Positions 1-8,595 are shown, counted from the first letter of the stretch. The stretch: DNA of 32,042 bases from a virus (IMGVR_UViG_3300012940_000071:1-32042); one strand, 5' to 3'. The notes: generated by a model from the sequence alone, not told the origin. Made by a program: numbers and translations.

Positions 1-18
1 CAGCCTAGCCGGAAGGGC

Positions 19-447
19 GTGAAGTCTCCCGCACAGTATTGTGTGTACATGGCGTACCTTCCCAGCCTTGGCACCCTCAAGGTGGGGCGAACCTCTCATA
101 TTGATGGGCGGGTTAAGGGCCTCAGGTCCTACAAGAATGGCGAGAACGTTGTCGTGTTCGCTGAGTTCTATGTCGGGACGTTGGTTGAAGCCACCCAAAT
201 GGAAGCCGACGCAATCGAGTTTCTCGGTTCTCGGGGGTATGAGCGTGAAGGTGTAGAATGGTTTCATGTCGGCATGCATGATCTCCCGTCTCTCGTTGAT
301 GGGGTGGAGCGCTCGACTGGCGTTGAAGTTCTTGGGAAGTTTTGCCTTGGGGCAAGTAAGCCGAAATCCTGTGCGCGCTTCGATTATGAAGTGGCCGCCG
401 TTTCCAAGAACTTATTTGGGCACCGCGCGTGGCATGACCGCATATAG
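19..447 (+). CDS. T5orf172/MUG113-type GIY-YIG-like nuclease domain protein (start uncertain at window edge)
   Basis: VYMA...LKVGRT...R.K.L pattern, 'MEADAIEFL' and 'GVEWF' match the T5orf172 motif layout. Confidence 0.7.
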   Translation: MKSPAQYCVYMAYLPSLGTLKVGRTSHIDGRVKGLRSYKNGENVVVFAEFYVGTLVEATQMEADAIEFLGSRGYEREGVEWFHVGMHDLPSLVDGVERSTGVEVLGKFCLGASKPKSCARFDYEVAAVSKNLFGHRAWHDRI

Positions 448-559
448 CGGCAAGACAGTTAAGGACGAAACTCGAATAGCCCGCCACCTCGAAGCACTCT
501 CGACATGCACTGCACCTTAGCGAGGACTGTGCGGGCTAACTCATCTGTGGAGTGGAGCC

Positions 560-694
560 ATGCGTGACGCAATAGACCGCTTCATCTCGTGGCTCTACAT
601 CCATCGCTTCTACGGACCGCGTTGCTCCGAATATGCAGAGGGCTGCCCGTGCTGCGAGAAATGGCGCGAGCATGATGAGTTGTTCGGTGAGTGA
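560..694 (+). CDS. small Cys-rich hypothetical protein, 44 aa (not in ORF track)
   Basis: GGAG RBS; MRDAIDRFISWLYIHRFYGPRCSEYAEGCPCCEKWREHDELFGE; overlaps next start. Confidence 0.6.
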   Translation: MRDAIDRFISWLYIHRFYGPRCSEYAEGCPCCEKWREHDELFGE

Positions 695-866
695 CGACAT
701 TCGCAAGCTCAACGATATGGCGGAGACTGCGACAAACGAGTTCCTCGTACGTAACAGTATTACATACCTGGAATGTGCAATCTCCCTCATGCTTACCCAC
801 GTTTCGAAGGAGCGCGTTGCGGAGATACTGCGCCAGGAGGCGCGGATGGTGTTGGAGTTTGATTGA
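687..866 (+). CDS. hypothetical protein, 59 aa
   Basis: GTG start overlapping previous ORF end; TGATG coupling to next gene. Confidence 0.55.
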   Translation: MSDDIRKLNDMAETATNEFLVRNSITYLECAISLMLTHVSKERVAEILRQEARMVLEFD

Positions 867-1174
867 TGGTGCTGGCTCAATACTTGATGCACATACACCC
901 GGAAGACGGAGAAATTGCTCCACGTCATTACCGCGCTGCTTGCGAATATGCAGCCAGCAAGGTCTCTATAGCTGATTATATGCCCTCCAAGGTCGCGGCT
1001 ATGGCTGATGGCTCAATCGGAGAGAGACTGAAGCGCTATGCGATCGCCCTCCGAACGGTGCGCAATTGGTATCTTTCCGGCGTTGTGGACGAAGGCTTCT
1101 AATCCGGCACGTCTCTCAATGGCTTCCTTCTCACTGCCTCGCTGCGATGCCTCATTGGAGTTTGATTGATGGTG
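852..1174 (+). repeat. 20-bp perfect direct repeat TTGGAGTTTGATTGATGGTG at 852-871 and 1155-1174
   Basis: Read directly; each copy carries GGAG RBS plus TGATG stop/start. Confidence 0.9.
866..1102 (+). CDS. hypothetical protein, 78 aa
   Basis: GGAG RBS, ATG overlapping the upstream TGA. Confidence 0.55.
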   Translation: MVLAQYLMHIHPEDGEIAPRHYRAACEYAASKVSIADYMPSKVAAMADGSIGERLKRYAIALRTVRNWYLSGVVDEGF

Positions 1175-1567
1175 GGCCGTCCCAGTGACTATAACGACGC
1201 AATCGCTGAGCATATTTGTTCGGAGATTGCTTCTGGTCGGTCGCTGCGATCGGTTTGCCGGGATGACGGAATGCCTGACAAGGCAACCGTGTTTCGCTGG
1301 CTGTCGAAGCATGAAACTTTCCGCGACCAATACGCGAGAGCCCAAGAGGATCGCACGGCGGCTCTTGCAGAGGACATCATAGAGATTGCGGACGAGGGCA
1401 ACGCTGAGGACGTGCAGCGAGCCAGACTTCGCATAGATGCTCGTAAATGGCTTATGAGCAAGATGGCACCGAAGAAGTATGGCGACAAGATCACCGCCGA
1501 ACACACAGGCGAGGGCGGCGGTCCTGTCGAGATGATCATAACCGGCGTTCCGCGAGACGGCGATTGA
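1169..1567 (+). CDS. terS: terminase small subunit (Sf6 gp1-like)
   Basis: GRPSDYN...ICSEIASGRSLRSVC...MP...TVFRWL...ARLRIDARKWLMSKMAPKKYGDK signature; directly upstream of terL. Confidence 0.93.
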   Translation: MVGRPSDYNDAIAEHICSEIASGRSLRSVCRDDGMPDKATVFRWLSKHETFRDQYARAQEDRTAALAEDIIEIADEGNAEDVQRARLRIDARKWLMSKMAPKKYGDKITAEHTGEGGGPVEMIITGVPRDGD

Positions 1568-2868
1568 GCACCGTTGATCTTGGCTACCGCGCCCGGTCTC
1601 AATTCATCCCGTATCACAGACGCAAGGAGCGCTGGTCCTGCATTGTAGCGCACAGGCGAGCAGGCAAGACCGTTGCTTGCGTCATGGATCTGATCGACGC
1701 TGCCTTGCGTTGTGACAAGCCTAATCCGCGCTTTGCGTATGTGGCTCCATTCTACACGCAGGCCAAAGACATCGCATGGAGCTATGTCAAGCAGTACGGC
1801 GCTGTCATCCCCGGCGCTCAGGTGAACGAGAGTGAGCTTCGCCTTGATCTGCCTAACGGCGGCAGGGTGAGGCTCTACGGCGCGGAGAATTACGACAGGT
1901 TGCGCGGATTGTATTTCGACGGCGTTGTGCTGGACGAATATGCGGACATGGACCCGCGCGTGTGGCCGCAGGTTGTCCGCCCCGCTCTGTCGGACCGCAA
2001 GGGCTGGGCAACGTTCATCGGGACGCCGAAGGGCCGCAACGATTTCTGGCGCATTTGGGCTGGCGATCCTGAAACATCATGGCCGGGTGCGGTAAACTCG
2101 GATGAGTGGTTCGCCCTGATGCTCAAGGCGTCTGAAACGGGCATCGTTGCCGAGGAAGAATTGCGCGATGCGCGATCCATGCTTTCGGAGGACGAATACG
2201 AGCAAGAATATGAATGCTCGTTTGAAGCTGCCATCAAGGGCGCTTTTTACGCGGACCAGCTAAAGCGAGCCAGAGAAGAAGGCAGGATATGCCGCGTCCC
2301 GATAGAGCGCGGATTGCCTGTCTGGACGGCGTGGGATTTAGGTGTCTCGGATTCGACGGCAATCTGGTTCGGGCAGACTGCCGGTCAGGAAGAGCGCATA
2401 ATCGACTATTACGAGGCCAATGGCGTCGGCCTTGATCACTACGCGCAGGTTCTGCGGGACAAGGGATATATCTACGGGACGCATTATTTCCCGCATGACG
2501 TGGCGGTGAAGTCGCTTTCGACGGGTGTTTCCCGTGTTGAGACGCTGCGCAATCTCGGCGTCGATGCCTACATCGTCCCGCGCCATAGCGTAATGGACGG
2601 CATCAATGCGGCGCAGAGGTATATCGACCGCTGCTGGTTCGATGAAGAGCGTTGCAAGCGCGGTCTTGAGGCGCTGACGCAGTACCGCCGCGAATATGAC
2701 GAAAAGCTGAAGGTGTTTAAGAAGGCACCGCTCCACGATTGGACAAGCCACGGTGCGGATGCGTTCAGAATGCGGGCCGCAATGGCGGATGTTCATCGCC
2801 CTGCATTGCGTTCCAGAAACCGATATGGCGGGCAACCGAACCAATCCGGCAGCTGGCTTGCTGCATGA
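1564..2868 (+). CDS. terL: terminase large subunit, 434 aa (TTG start overlapping terS stop)
   Basis: Walker A HRRAGKT, Walker B VVLDEYA, coupling motif FIGTPKG, RNase H-like WDLG..DST and SHGADAFR. Confidence 0.96.
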   Translation: MSTVDLGYRARSQFIPYHRRKERWSCIVAHRRAGKTVACVMDLIDAALRCDKPNPRFAYVAPFYTQAKDIAWSYVKQYGAVIPGAQVNESELRLDLPNGGRVRLYGAENYDRLRGLYFDGVVLDEYADMDPRVWPQVVRPALSDRKGWATFIGTPKGRNDFWRIWAGDPETSWPGAVNSDEWFALMLKASETGIVAEEELRDARSMLSEDEYEQEYECSFEAAIKGAFYADQLKRAREEGRICRVPIERGLPVWTAWDLGVSDSTAIWFGQTAGQEERIIDYYEANGVGLDHYAQVLRDKGYIYGTHYFPHDVAVKSLSTGVSRVETLRNLGVDAYIVPRHSVMDGINAAQRYIDRCWFDEERCKRGLEALTQYRREYDEKLKVFKKAPLHDWTSHGADAFRMRAAMADVHRPALRSRNRYGGQPNQSGSWLAA

Positions 2869-3272
2869 GGATAAGTGCCAAGCAACGAAAGCGCGCAGAA
2901 AAACTATACGGCATCGGTGACGGTCGCTTAGTCCGTGACTTTCTGCCAAATGGGAGAAGCGGCCTATATATCTATGCAGTCGCCGTTCGCCATCACCCTG
3001 ATAAGGTGAAAATCGGCATGACACGCAATTGGAAGAGCCGCCGCCGCGAATATGCAAACTGGAACCTCTCTCCTGGCGATGCGGTCAGCGAAGAGCGAGT
3101 TTTTTGCATTACGGAAGAGTTTGTCGACTTAGCCAAACTGGAAAATCACATACTCCGAACTGTGCCGTTTAAACGCGCGCATGGCAATGAATGGTTTTTT
3201 GGCTCGGTAGAGGAAGCGGCTCGCGAGATTGACCGCATAATGTGTGAACACGGTATCTCATACGATTTCTAA
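2865..3272 (+). CDS. T5orf172-type GIY-YIG-like protein between terL and portal, 135 aa
   Basis: ATGA overlap with terL; GLYIYAV...KVKIGMT...R...LENHIL...GNEWF motif; more AT-rich than neighbours. Confidence 0.75.
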   Translation: MRISAKQRKRAEKLYGIGDGRLVRDFLPNGRSGLYIYAVAVRHHPDKVKIGMTRNWKSRRREYANWNLSPGDAVSEERVFCITEEFVDLAKLENHILRTVPFKRAHGNEWFFGSVEEAAREIDRIMCEHGISYDF

Positions 3273-3282
3273 GGGCTATTCT

Positions 3283-5343
3283 ATGGCTGAAACCGACTAC
3301 ACAACCGGGCTGGACGGCTCGGACGGCGAAGCTATGGGCTCCGACATGGACGGCCTGACGCGCAAGCTGATCGGCTGGATCAAGCAGGACATGCCGCATG
3401 TCTCGAAATGGCGCAAGGAAGCGCGCGAGGATTTCGAGTTCTACGCAGGCGATCAGTGGTCCGAGGAAGATATAAACATCTTGCGGGCGAAGGAGCGCCC
3501 CGCGCTTGTGTTCAATCGTATCGCGCCCTTGGTCAATGCGATCACCGGCTCGGAGATCAACAATCGCCGTGAGGTTCGCTTTTTCCCGCGTGAGCTTGGG
3601 GACGCGCGCGCAAGTGAGGTTCTGTCGAACGCCGCCGAGTGGTTCCGCGACGAATGCGGGGCCGAGGACGAAGAATCCGATGCGTTCGAGGATGCGGTTA
3701 TCACTGGCATGGGATGGGTTGATACCCGTCTTGATTTCGAGGATGAGCCGGACGGAGCGCCGAAAATCGAGCGCATGGACAATCTCGAAATGGGATGGGA
3801 TTGCCATGCTGTAAAGCCGAACCTTGAGGACGCGCGCCGCAAATGGCGCATTCGCGAGGTCACTTACGAGGATGCGGTAACGCTCACGGGCGTGAAGGAC
3901 AAGACGAAGCTCCATGCAGGATGGGTCAAGGATTTGACCGATCTTGGCGAGCCGCATGATCAGGACAGGGCCGATCACTACGAGGGCGGTCAGGATGATT
4001 TTGCGGGATCGGGCTACAGCAAGGGTAAGTGCACTCTTGTTGAAATCCGATGGGTAGAAAAGCAGCCCTATTATCGCGGTCCTGATCTGGAAACGGGTGA
4101 AGTCCGAGAGTACAACGAAAAGCAGCTTGATCTTATCCGCAAGGATTACCCGGATTTCCCTGCTGTACGACAGACGCGCAAGATCGTGCGACGTGCTTTT
4201 ATCGGGAAGGAAGTTCTCGGCGAGCCCGATACGCCTCTCGTGCCTCCTGGCACGGGGCTTTTCGGATGGGAGTGCATCACCGGCTATCGTGATAAGGTCA
4301 AGGGGCAGTTCTACGGCGTTGTGAGGGCTGCGAAAGACCCGCAGCGCTGGTCGAACAAGTTCTTCTCGCAGGTCATGTTCCTGCTCAACAGCCAATCGAA
4401 GGGCGGGATTGCAGCGGAGCGTGATGCTTTCGAGGACCAGCGGCAGGCAGAGGCCAGTTGGGCGAAATCCGACGAAATCACGTGGCTCAAATCTGGCGCT
4501 CTTTCCGGCGAAAAGCCGAAGATCATCCCGAAATCGCCCGCGCAGTTTCCGGCTGGCTTCTTCACGCTCTTTCAGGAGACGAAGGAAGCCATCTCGGATG
4601 TCACCGGCCTTAGCCAGGAGTTCATCGGTACGCGTGAGGTAGATCAGGCTGGCGTTCTGGAATATCAGCGCAGGCAATCGAGCCTCAATCTTCTTGCCTC
4701 GCTGTTCAACAGCCTTCGCCGCTATCGCAAGCGCCAAGGTCGCATATTGCTCTATCTCATTCAGGAGCACCTTGCGGATGGCAGGCTTGTGCGGATCGTT
4801 GGTGATGATCTGAGGCAATATGTTCCGCTCACCAAGGCGGATGTCGCCAACAAGAAATACGACATCATTATTGACGACAGCCCGTCATCTCCGAACGAGA
4901 AAGACCGCACGTGGCAGTTGATCATGCAGATGTTGCCGATGGTCAAGGACATAATCACGCCTGACATAGCGCTTGATCTTCTGTCTGTTTCGCCGCTGCC
5001 TGCCTCGCTTGTCGACAAGCTGCGCATGAAGGCACAGGAGGCCGCGCAACGGCCCAAGCCGCCGTCGCCGGAAGAAATCAAGGCGCATGCGGATCAAGTC
5101 AGGTTCCAGATGGAAATGGCTGGCAAGCAGGCTGATATGCAGGCCAAGCAGACAGAGCATCAGATGGACGCCGAAATGAAGGGCCTTGATCTGATGGTTG
5201 AGCAGCAGAAGGCGCAGATTGACATGGCGTTGCAGCGCCAGAAGCTCCAGAACGACATGCAGAAGATGGCGATACAGGAACGCCAGAACGCAATATCAGC
5301 ACAGCGCGCAAATTCGCAGCGCATATCGTCAGCGAAGGTTTAA
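3283..5343 (+). CDS. portal protein (P22 gp1-like), 686 aa
   Basis: FYAGDQW, RPALVFNRIAPLVNAITG, AKDPQRWSNK motifs; Q/M-rich coiled C-terminal barrel; position after terL. Confidence 0.93.
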   Translation: MAETDYTTGLDGSDGEAMGSDMDGLTRKLIGWIKQDMPHVSKWRKEAREDFEFYAGDQWSEEDINILRAKERPALVFNRIAPLVNAITGSEINNRREVRFFPRELGDARASEVLSNAAEWFRDECGAEDEESDAFEDAVITGMGWVDTRLDFEDEPDGAPKIERMDNLEMGWDCHAVKPNLEDARRKWRIREVTYEDAVTLTGVKDKTKLHAGWVKDLTDLGEPHDQDRADHYEGGQDDFAGSGYSKGKCTLVEIRWVEKQPYYRGPDLETGEVREYNEKQLDLIRKDYPDFPAVRQTRKIVRRAFIGKEVLGEPDTPLVPPGTGLFGWECITGYRDKVKGQFYGVVRAAKDPQRWSNKFFSQVMFLLNSQSKGGIAAERDAFEDQRQAEASWAKSDEITWLKSGALSGEKPKIIPKSPAQFPAGFFTLFQETKEAISDVTGLSQEFIGTREVDQAGVLEYQRRQSSLNLLASLFNSLRRYRKRQGRILLYLIQEHLADGRLVRIVGDDLRQYVPLTKADVANKKYDIIIDDSPSSPNEKDRTWQLIMQMLPMVKDIITPDIALDLLSVSPLPASLVDKLRMKAQEAAQRPKPPSPEEIKAHADQVRFQMEMAGKQADMQAKQTEHQMDAEMKGLDLMVEQQKAQIDMALQRQKLQNDMQKMAIQERQNAISAQRANSQRISSAKV

Positions 5344-5346
5344 GAC

Positions 5347-5691
5347 ATGGCCGAACCAAAACTTGTCGAAACAGAGCAAGGATACGCTCTTCTTGTCACT
5401 TCGGGCGGAGAGGGCGGAGGCGGATCGTCTCAGGTCGAAGTGACCAACTTCCCAGCCACGCAAGATATCTCCGGTGAAGTCACTATCTCCGGGACCGTAC
5501 CGGTCTCTGGTCCCGTTACCGTGGCTGAGCTTACGGGAGTTGTCGGGTTGCTGAATGCTAGTGCATATTCCGACGATACCGGGGTTGGCGACGGTTCTGT
5601 CATCGGGCTTCTCAAGGGCATTTATGTCCAGAACGTGCAGATCATCGATCTTCTGACGCAGATCGAAACGAACACGAATACCGGGGCCTAA
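5347..5691 (+). CDS. hypothetical, possibly virion fibre-like protein
   Basis: VEVTNFPATQDISGEVTISGTVPVSG beta-repeat-like segment and C-terminal heptad-like helix. Confidence 0.65.
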   Translation: MAEPKLVETEQGYALLVTSGGEGGGGSSQVEVTNFPATQDISGEVTISGTVPVSGPVTVAELTGVVGLLNASAYSDDTGVGDGSVIGLLKGIYVQNVQIIDLLTQIETNTNTGA

Positions 5692-5706
5692 GCCTCGTTA
5701 CTAAAT

Positions 5707-5772
5707 AGCCGGAATTCACCGGCTTTCGCTGCCTGTGGCGCATACAGGCTTCGTCCGCTCACGTTACGAGCG
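5707..5772 (+). promoter_or_regulatory. structured leader: hairpin plus two pseudoknot-like units upstream of 63-aa ORF/scaffold
   Basis: AGCCGG/CCGGCT; GCCTGT/ACAGGC with CGC/GCG; CGCTC/GAGCG with CGT/ACG. Confidence 0.6.
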
Positions 5773-5786
5773 AAATCAGGTGAAAA

Positions 5787-5978
5787 ATGACCATAGAGGA
5801 AGCTGTTTCGGCGGCTGAGAGCGCTGGTGTGCGCGCTCATGCTGTCATGTTCGATGTCGCAAGGGAAATTGGCGTCACGGTGCAGGTTGCCGGACGGTGG
5901 TTTGCCCGTCGATTTGATGCGAGCGCCAACGCGGATGAAGTGTCCCGCTGGGCTGGCAGGATCGGGGGTGCGGCATGA
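5787..5978 (+). CDS. hypothetical protein, 63 aa
   Basis: AGGTG RBS; ATGA overlap with scaffold gene. Confidence 0.65.
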   Translation: MTIEEAVSAAESAGVRAHAVMFDVAREIGVTVQVAGRWFARRFDASANADEVSRWAGRIGGAA

Positions 5979-6931
5979 CCCTCGAAGATAAAGGCGCTGA
6001 TGAATTGACGCCGGAAGAAGCCGCATATTTCGAAAGTGGCGGTGAGGCTGAAATTCAGGAAGCCCCTGATACGGAAGAAGCCGAAAACCCGGAAGTCAAG
6101 GCTGAAAGCGAAGATCAGCCCAAGGGCGAGGCAGGCGAAAAGCAGGACGAAAATCAGCCTCGCGACGAAAAGGGCCGGTTTGTCCCGCATCAGGCGCTTC
6201 ACGCGGAACGCGAGGAGCACAAGAAAACCCGTGCGGAATTGCAGGAACTGAAAGAGTTCCGCGCCCGCATGGAAGAACGCTGGCGGCTGTTTGAGCAGAT
6301 GCAGCAGCAGCCACAGCAGGAGAAGGCGGAGGATGTCCCGCCCGATCCGAACGAGGATATATTCGCCTTCTCGCAATGGCAGGCGCAGCGCGTTGCCAAG
6401 CTTGAACAGACGATAAACGAGGAAAGGCAAAGACAGGCTCAGGCAGCGCAGGTTCAGCAGCAGTTCAGCGCTGCATTCCAGAACCTCAACCGCTCACTTG
6501 AGACCTTCCGGCAGTCTGCCCCGGATATCGATGACGCTTCCAACTGGCTCTACGATACGCGACTGAGCCAGCTAAAGGCGCAGGGCTATGATGACCAGTC
6601 GGCGGCGGCGGTCATCCAGCATGAAGTGTTCGGCGGCATCCTGAATGCACAGAAGCTTGGGATTGAGCCTGCCGAATATTTCTATCAGTACGCCAAGGTT
6701 TCCGGCTACCAGCCAAAGGCCAAGGAGCAGGGCGGCGTACAGATGCCTGAGCAACTGCAACGTGTCGCCAAGGCGCAGGAAGCATCCAAGACCGTTGGTC
6801 AGGCTTCCGGCAAGGCCGGGGCGGATGAAGTCACCGCCGAGATGCTTGCCAACATGTCGGAGCAGGAGTTTTCCGCGTGGGTCTCCAAGCCGGAGAATGC
6901 GCGGAAGTTTGAAAAGCTGATGGGCGCGTAA
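5975..6931 (+). CDS. capsid scaffolding protein
   Basis: Acidic disordered N-terminus, PRDEKGRF motif, coiled coil, C-terminal MSEQEF helix; upstream of MCP. Confidence 0.85.
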   Translation: MTLEDKGADELTPEEAAYFESGGEAEIQEAPDTEEAENPEVKAESEDQPKGEAGEKQDENQPRDEKGRFVPHQALHAEREEHKKTRAELQELKEFRARMEERWRLFEQMQQQPQQEKAEDVPPDPNEDIFAFSQWQAQRVAKLEQTINEERQRQAQAAQVQQQFSAAFQNLNRSLETFRQSAPDIDDASNWLYDTRLSQLKAQGYDDQSAAAVIQHEVFGGILNAQKLGIEPAEYFYQYAKVSGYQPKAKEQGGVQMPEQLQRVAKAQEASKTVGQASGKAGADEVTAEMLANMSEQEFSAWVSKPENARKFEKLMGA

Positions 6932-6944
6932 CAGCGCCCCTCAC

Positions 6945-7052
6945 AAGCCTTCAGGACAGGCTTAAAACAGCCTTTCGGTAGCCATCCCGTCAGCATGGCA
7001 CGGCACAGCGGCCCGTCAGCCCGCTTTCGCCCGCGAGCGGCGTCACAGCGCG
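6945..7052 (+). promoter_or_regulatory. structured capsid-gene leader: hairpin plus three pseudoknot-like units
   Basis: AAGCCT/AGGCTT; GCCAT-CCCGTCAGC-ATGGC (6981-6999); AGCGG-CCCGTCAGC-CCGCT (7007-7025); CGCC/GGCG with CGCG/CGCG (7028-7052). Confidence 0.7.
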
Positions 7053-7094
7053 CACCAAACCCGCAAAATCATCATCAGCTTAGGAGCCATTGTC

Positions 7095-8186
7095 ATGGCA
7101 ACGACTACCTATGGCGTCAATGACGCACTGGCGGTAAAGCTGTGGTCGAAGAAGCTCGCGGAAGAGGTGTCGAAAGCAACTGCTATCGCGCCGCTCATGG
7201 GCACTTCGTCCAACAGCATTATCCAGCTTAAAACCGAAACCCAGAAGGGCAAGGGCGATAAGGTCACGTTTGGCCTGCGTCGTCAGCTTGTCGGCGACGG
7301 TGTTTCGGAGTCCAGCATCCTGGAAGGTAACGAGGAAGCTCTCTCCACCTACTCGGATGCGATCTTCATCAACGAGCTTGCTCATGCTGTCCGCGTGAAG
7401 AACGAAGGCACCATCGACGCTCAGCGCGTTCCCTTCTCCCTTCGACAGGAAGCCAAGGACGGGCTTGTTGACTGGTATGCCGACCGTCTGTCCATGTCCT
7501 TCTTCATTCAGGCTTGCGGCTTCACCGCCCCGACCCTGATGTTCGAGGGCCGCGCGGTCAACATCAAGCCGGTGCATTACGGGTTCAACAGCCCGATTGC
7601 TCCTTCTGCCAACCGCATTATCCGTGCTGGTGGCGCGGCTAATGACGAATCCCTGACCTCTTCGGACGTGTTCACCCTTGAGCTTATCGACCATGCGGTT
7701 GAGATGGCCAAGGTTGCCAATCCGAAGATTCGTCCGGTTCGCGTGGATGGCGGCAATCATTATGTGATGTACCTGCATCCGTACCAGATCACTGACCTTC
7801 GCACCAACACGTCCACGGGTCAGTGGCTCGACATCCAGAAGGCGGCTGAAAAGCGCGGTTCATCGAACCCGATCTTCAATGGCTCTCTGGGCGTCTACAA
7901 CAATGTCATTCTCCGCGAAGCGGAGCATGTCACCACGGGCGTTAGCTCGACTGGCACCGAGGTTTCGACGGTTCGCCGCGCGATCCTCCTTGGCGCTCAG
8001 TCCTGCGTTGCGGCCTTCGGCATGAACAAGGGACCGACCACCTACAAGATGGTCGAAGAATTGTTCGATTATCAACGCGAGCTTGGCGTTTCTGCGCAGA
8101 CCATTCTCGGCATGAAGAAAACCGTGTTCGACAACACGGACTTCGGCACGATTGTGGTTTCGACCTACGCCGACGCTCACAGCTAA
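7095..8186 (+). CDS. major capsid protein (N4-gp56 / DUF4043 family)
   Basis: AVKLWSKKL, KGKGDKVTFGL, LEGNEEAL, YVMYLHPYQITDLR, RAILLGAQ, DFGTIVVST motifs; AGGAG RBS. Confidence 0.93.
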   Translation: MATTTYGVNDALAVKLWSKKLAEEVSKATAIAPLMGTSSNSIIQLKTETQKGKGDKVTFGLRRQLVGDGVSESSILEGNEEALSTYSDAIFINELAHAVRVKNEGTIDAQRVPFSLRQEAKDGLVDWYADRLSMSFFIQACGFTAPTLMFEGRAVNIKPVHYGFNSPIAPSANRIIRAGGAANDESLTSSDVFTLELIDHAVEMAKVANPKIRPVRVDGGNHYVMYLHPYQITDLRTNTSTGQWLDIQKAAEKRGSSNPIFNGSLGVYNNVILREAEHVTTGVSSTGTEVSTVRRAILLGAQSCVAAFGMNKGPTTYKMVEELFDYQRELGVSAQTILGMKKTVFDNTDFGTIVVSTYADAHS

Positions 8187-8199
8187 GGAGGGCTGACAA

Positions 8200-8589
8200 A
8201 TGGCTACGAACGACGCCAATCAGCCGAAACTTGGTCGGCAGCTTTCGCTTCAGGTTGTCCACACGCTTCGCAAGAACATCGCCTTCGATGATCCGTCCCT
8301 GGGCGGCGAAGTCGGTATTCTGCCCGCGGGCGCGATCATCCTGACGGGTGCGGTCTATGTGTCGGAGGCCTTCGACGCTGGTACGCTTGACGTTGGCGCA
8401 GCAACGGTAGGTGATGATGAGTACGCGTCCGCGCTTGCTCTGAACTCTGCCGCTATCGTTGCGTTCGATGATCTGGCGATTGCCAACCAGGTTGTTGCTG
8501 ACGACACGGTTGTGACCTTCGAGCGCTCAGCCGCCGCTACGGCGGGTGCGGCCTCGATTGTCATCACCTACGCGGTAGACAACGGCTAA
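8200..8589 (+). CDS. capsid cement/decoration protein
   Basis: LPAGAII...VSEAFDAGTLDVG beta-sandwich pattern; directly after MCP; AAGGAGG RBS. Confidence 0.7.
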   Translation: MATNDANQPKLGRQLSLQVVHTLRKNIAFDDPSLGGEVGILPAGAIILTGAVYVSEAFDAGTLDVGAATVGDDEYASALALNSAAIVAFDDLAIANQVVADDTVVTFERSAAATAGAASIVITYAVDNG

Positions 8590-8595
8590 CCATGT

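Noticed and set aside
434-520. 28-aa ORF MTAYSGKTVKDETRIARHLEALSTCTAP
   Set aside because: No clear RBS or motif; cannot be supported as a gene.
1447-1563. Upstream extension of terL ORF (473 aa), suggesting a terS-terL frameshift fusion
   Set aside because: The extension is an R-rich off-frame read of terS; TTG at 1564 gives a standard 4-bp overlap and I see no slippery site.
3169-4818. 549-aa antisense ORF opposite the portal
   Set aside because: Shadow ORF typical of GC-rich coding DNA; no motifs. The same applies to 11966-13099, 14731-15378, 18691-19533 and 22377-23045.
8160-8200. Programmed frameshift or readthrough extending the capsid protein
   Set aside because: TAA stop, no slippery heptamer, and the next gene has its own strong RBS.
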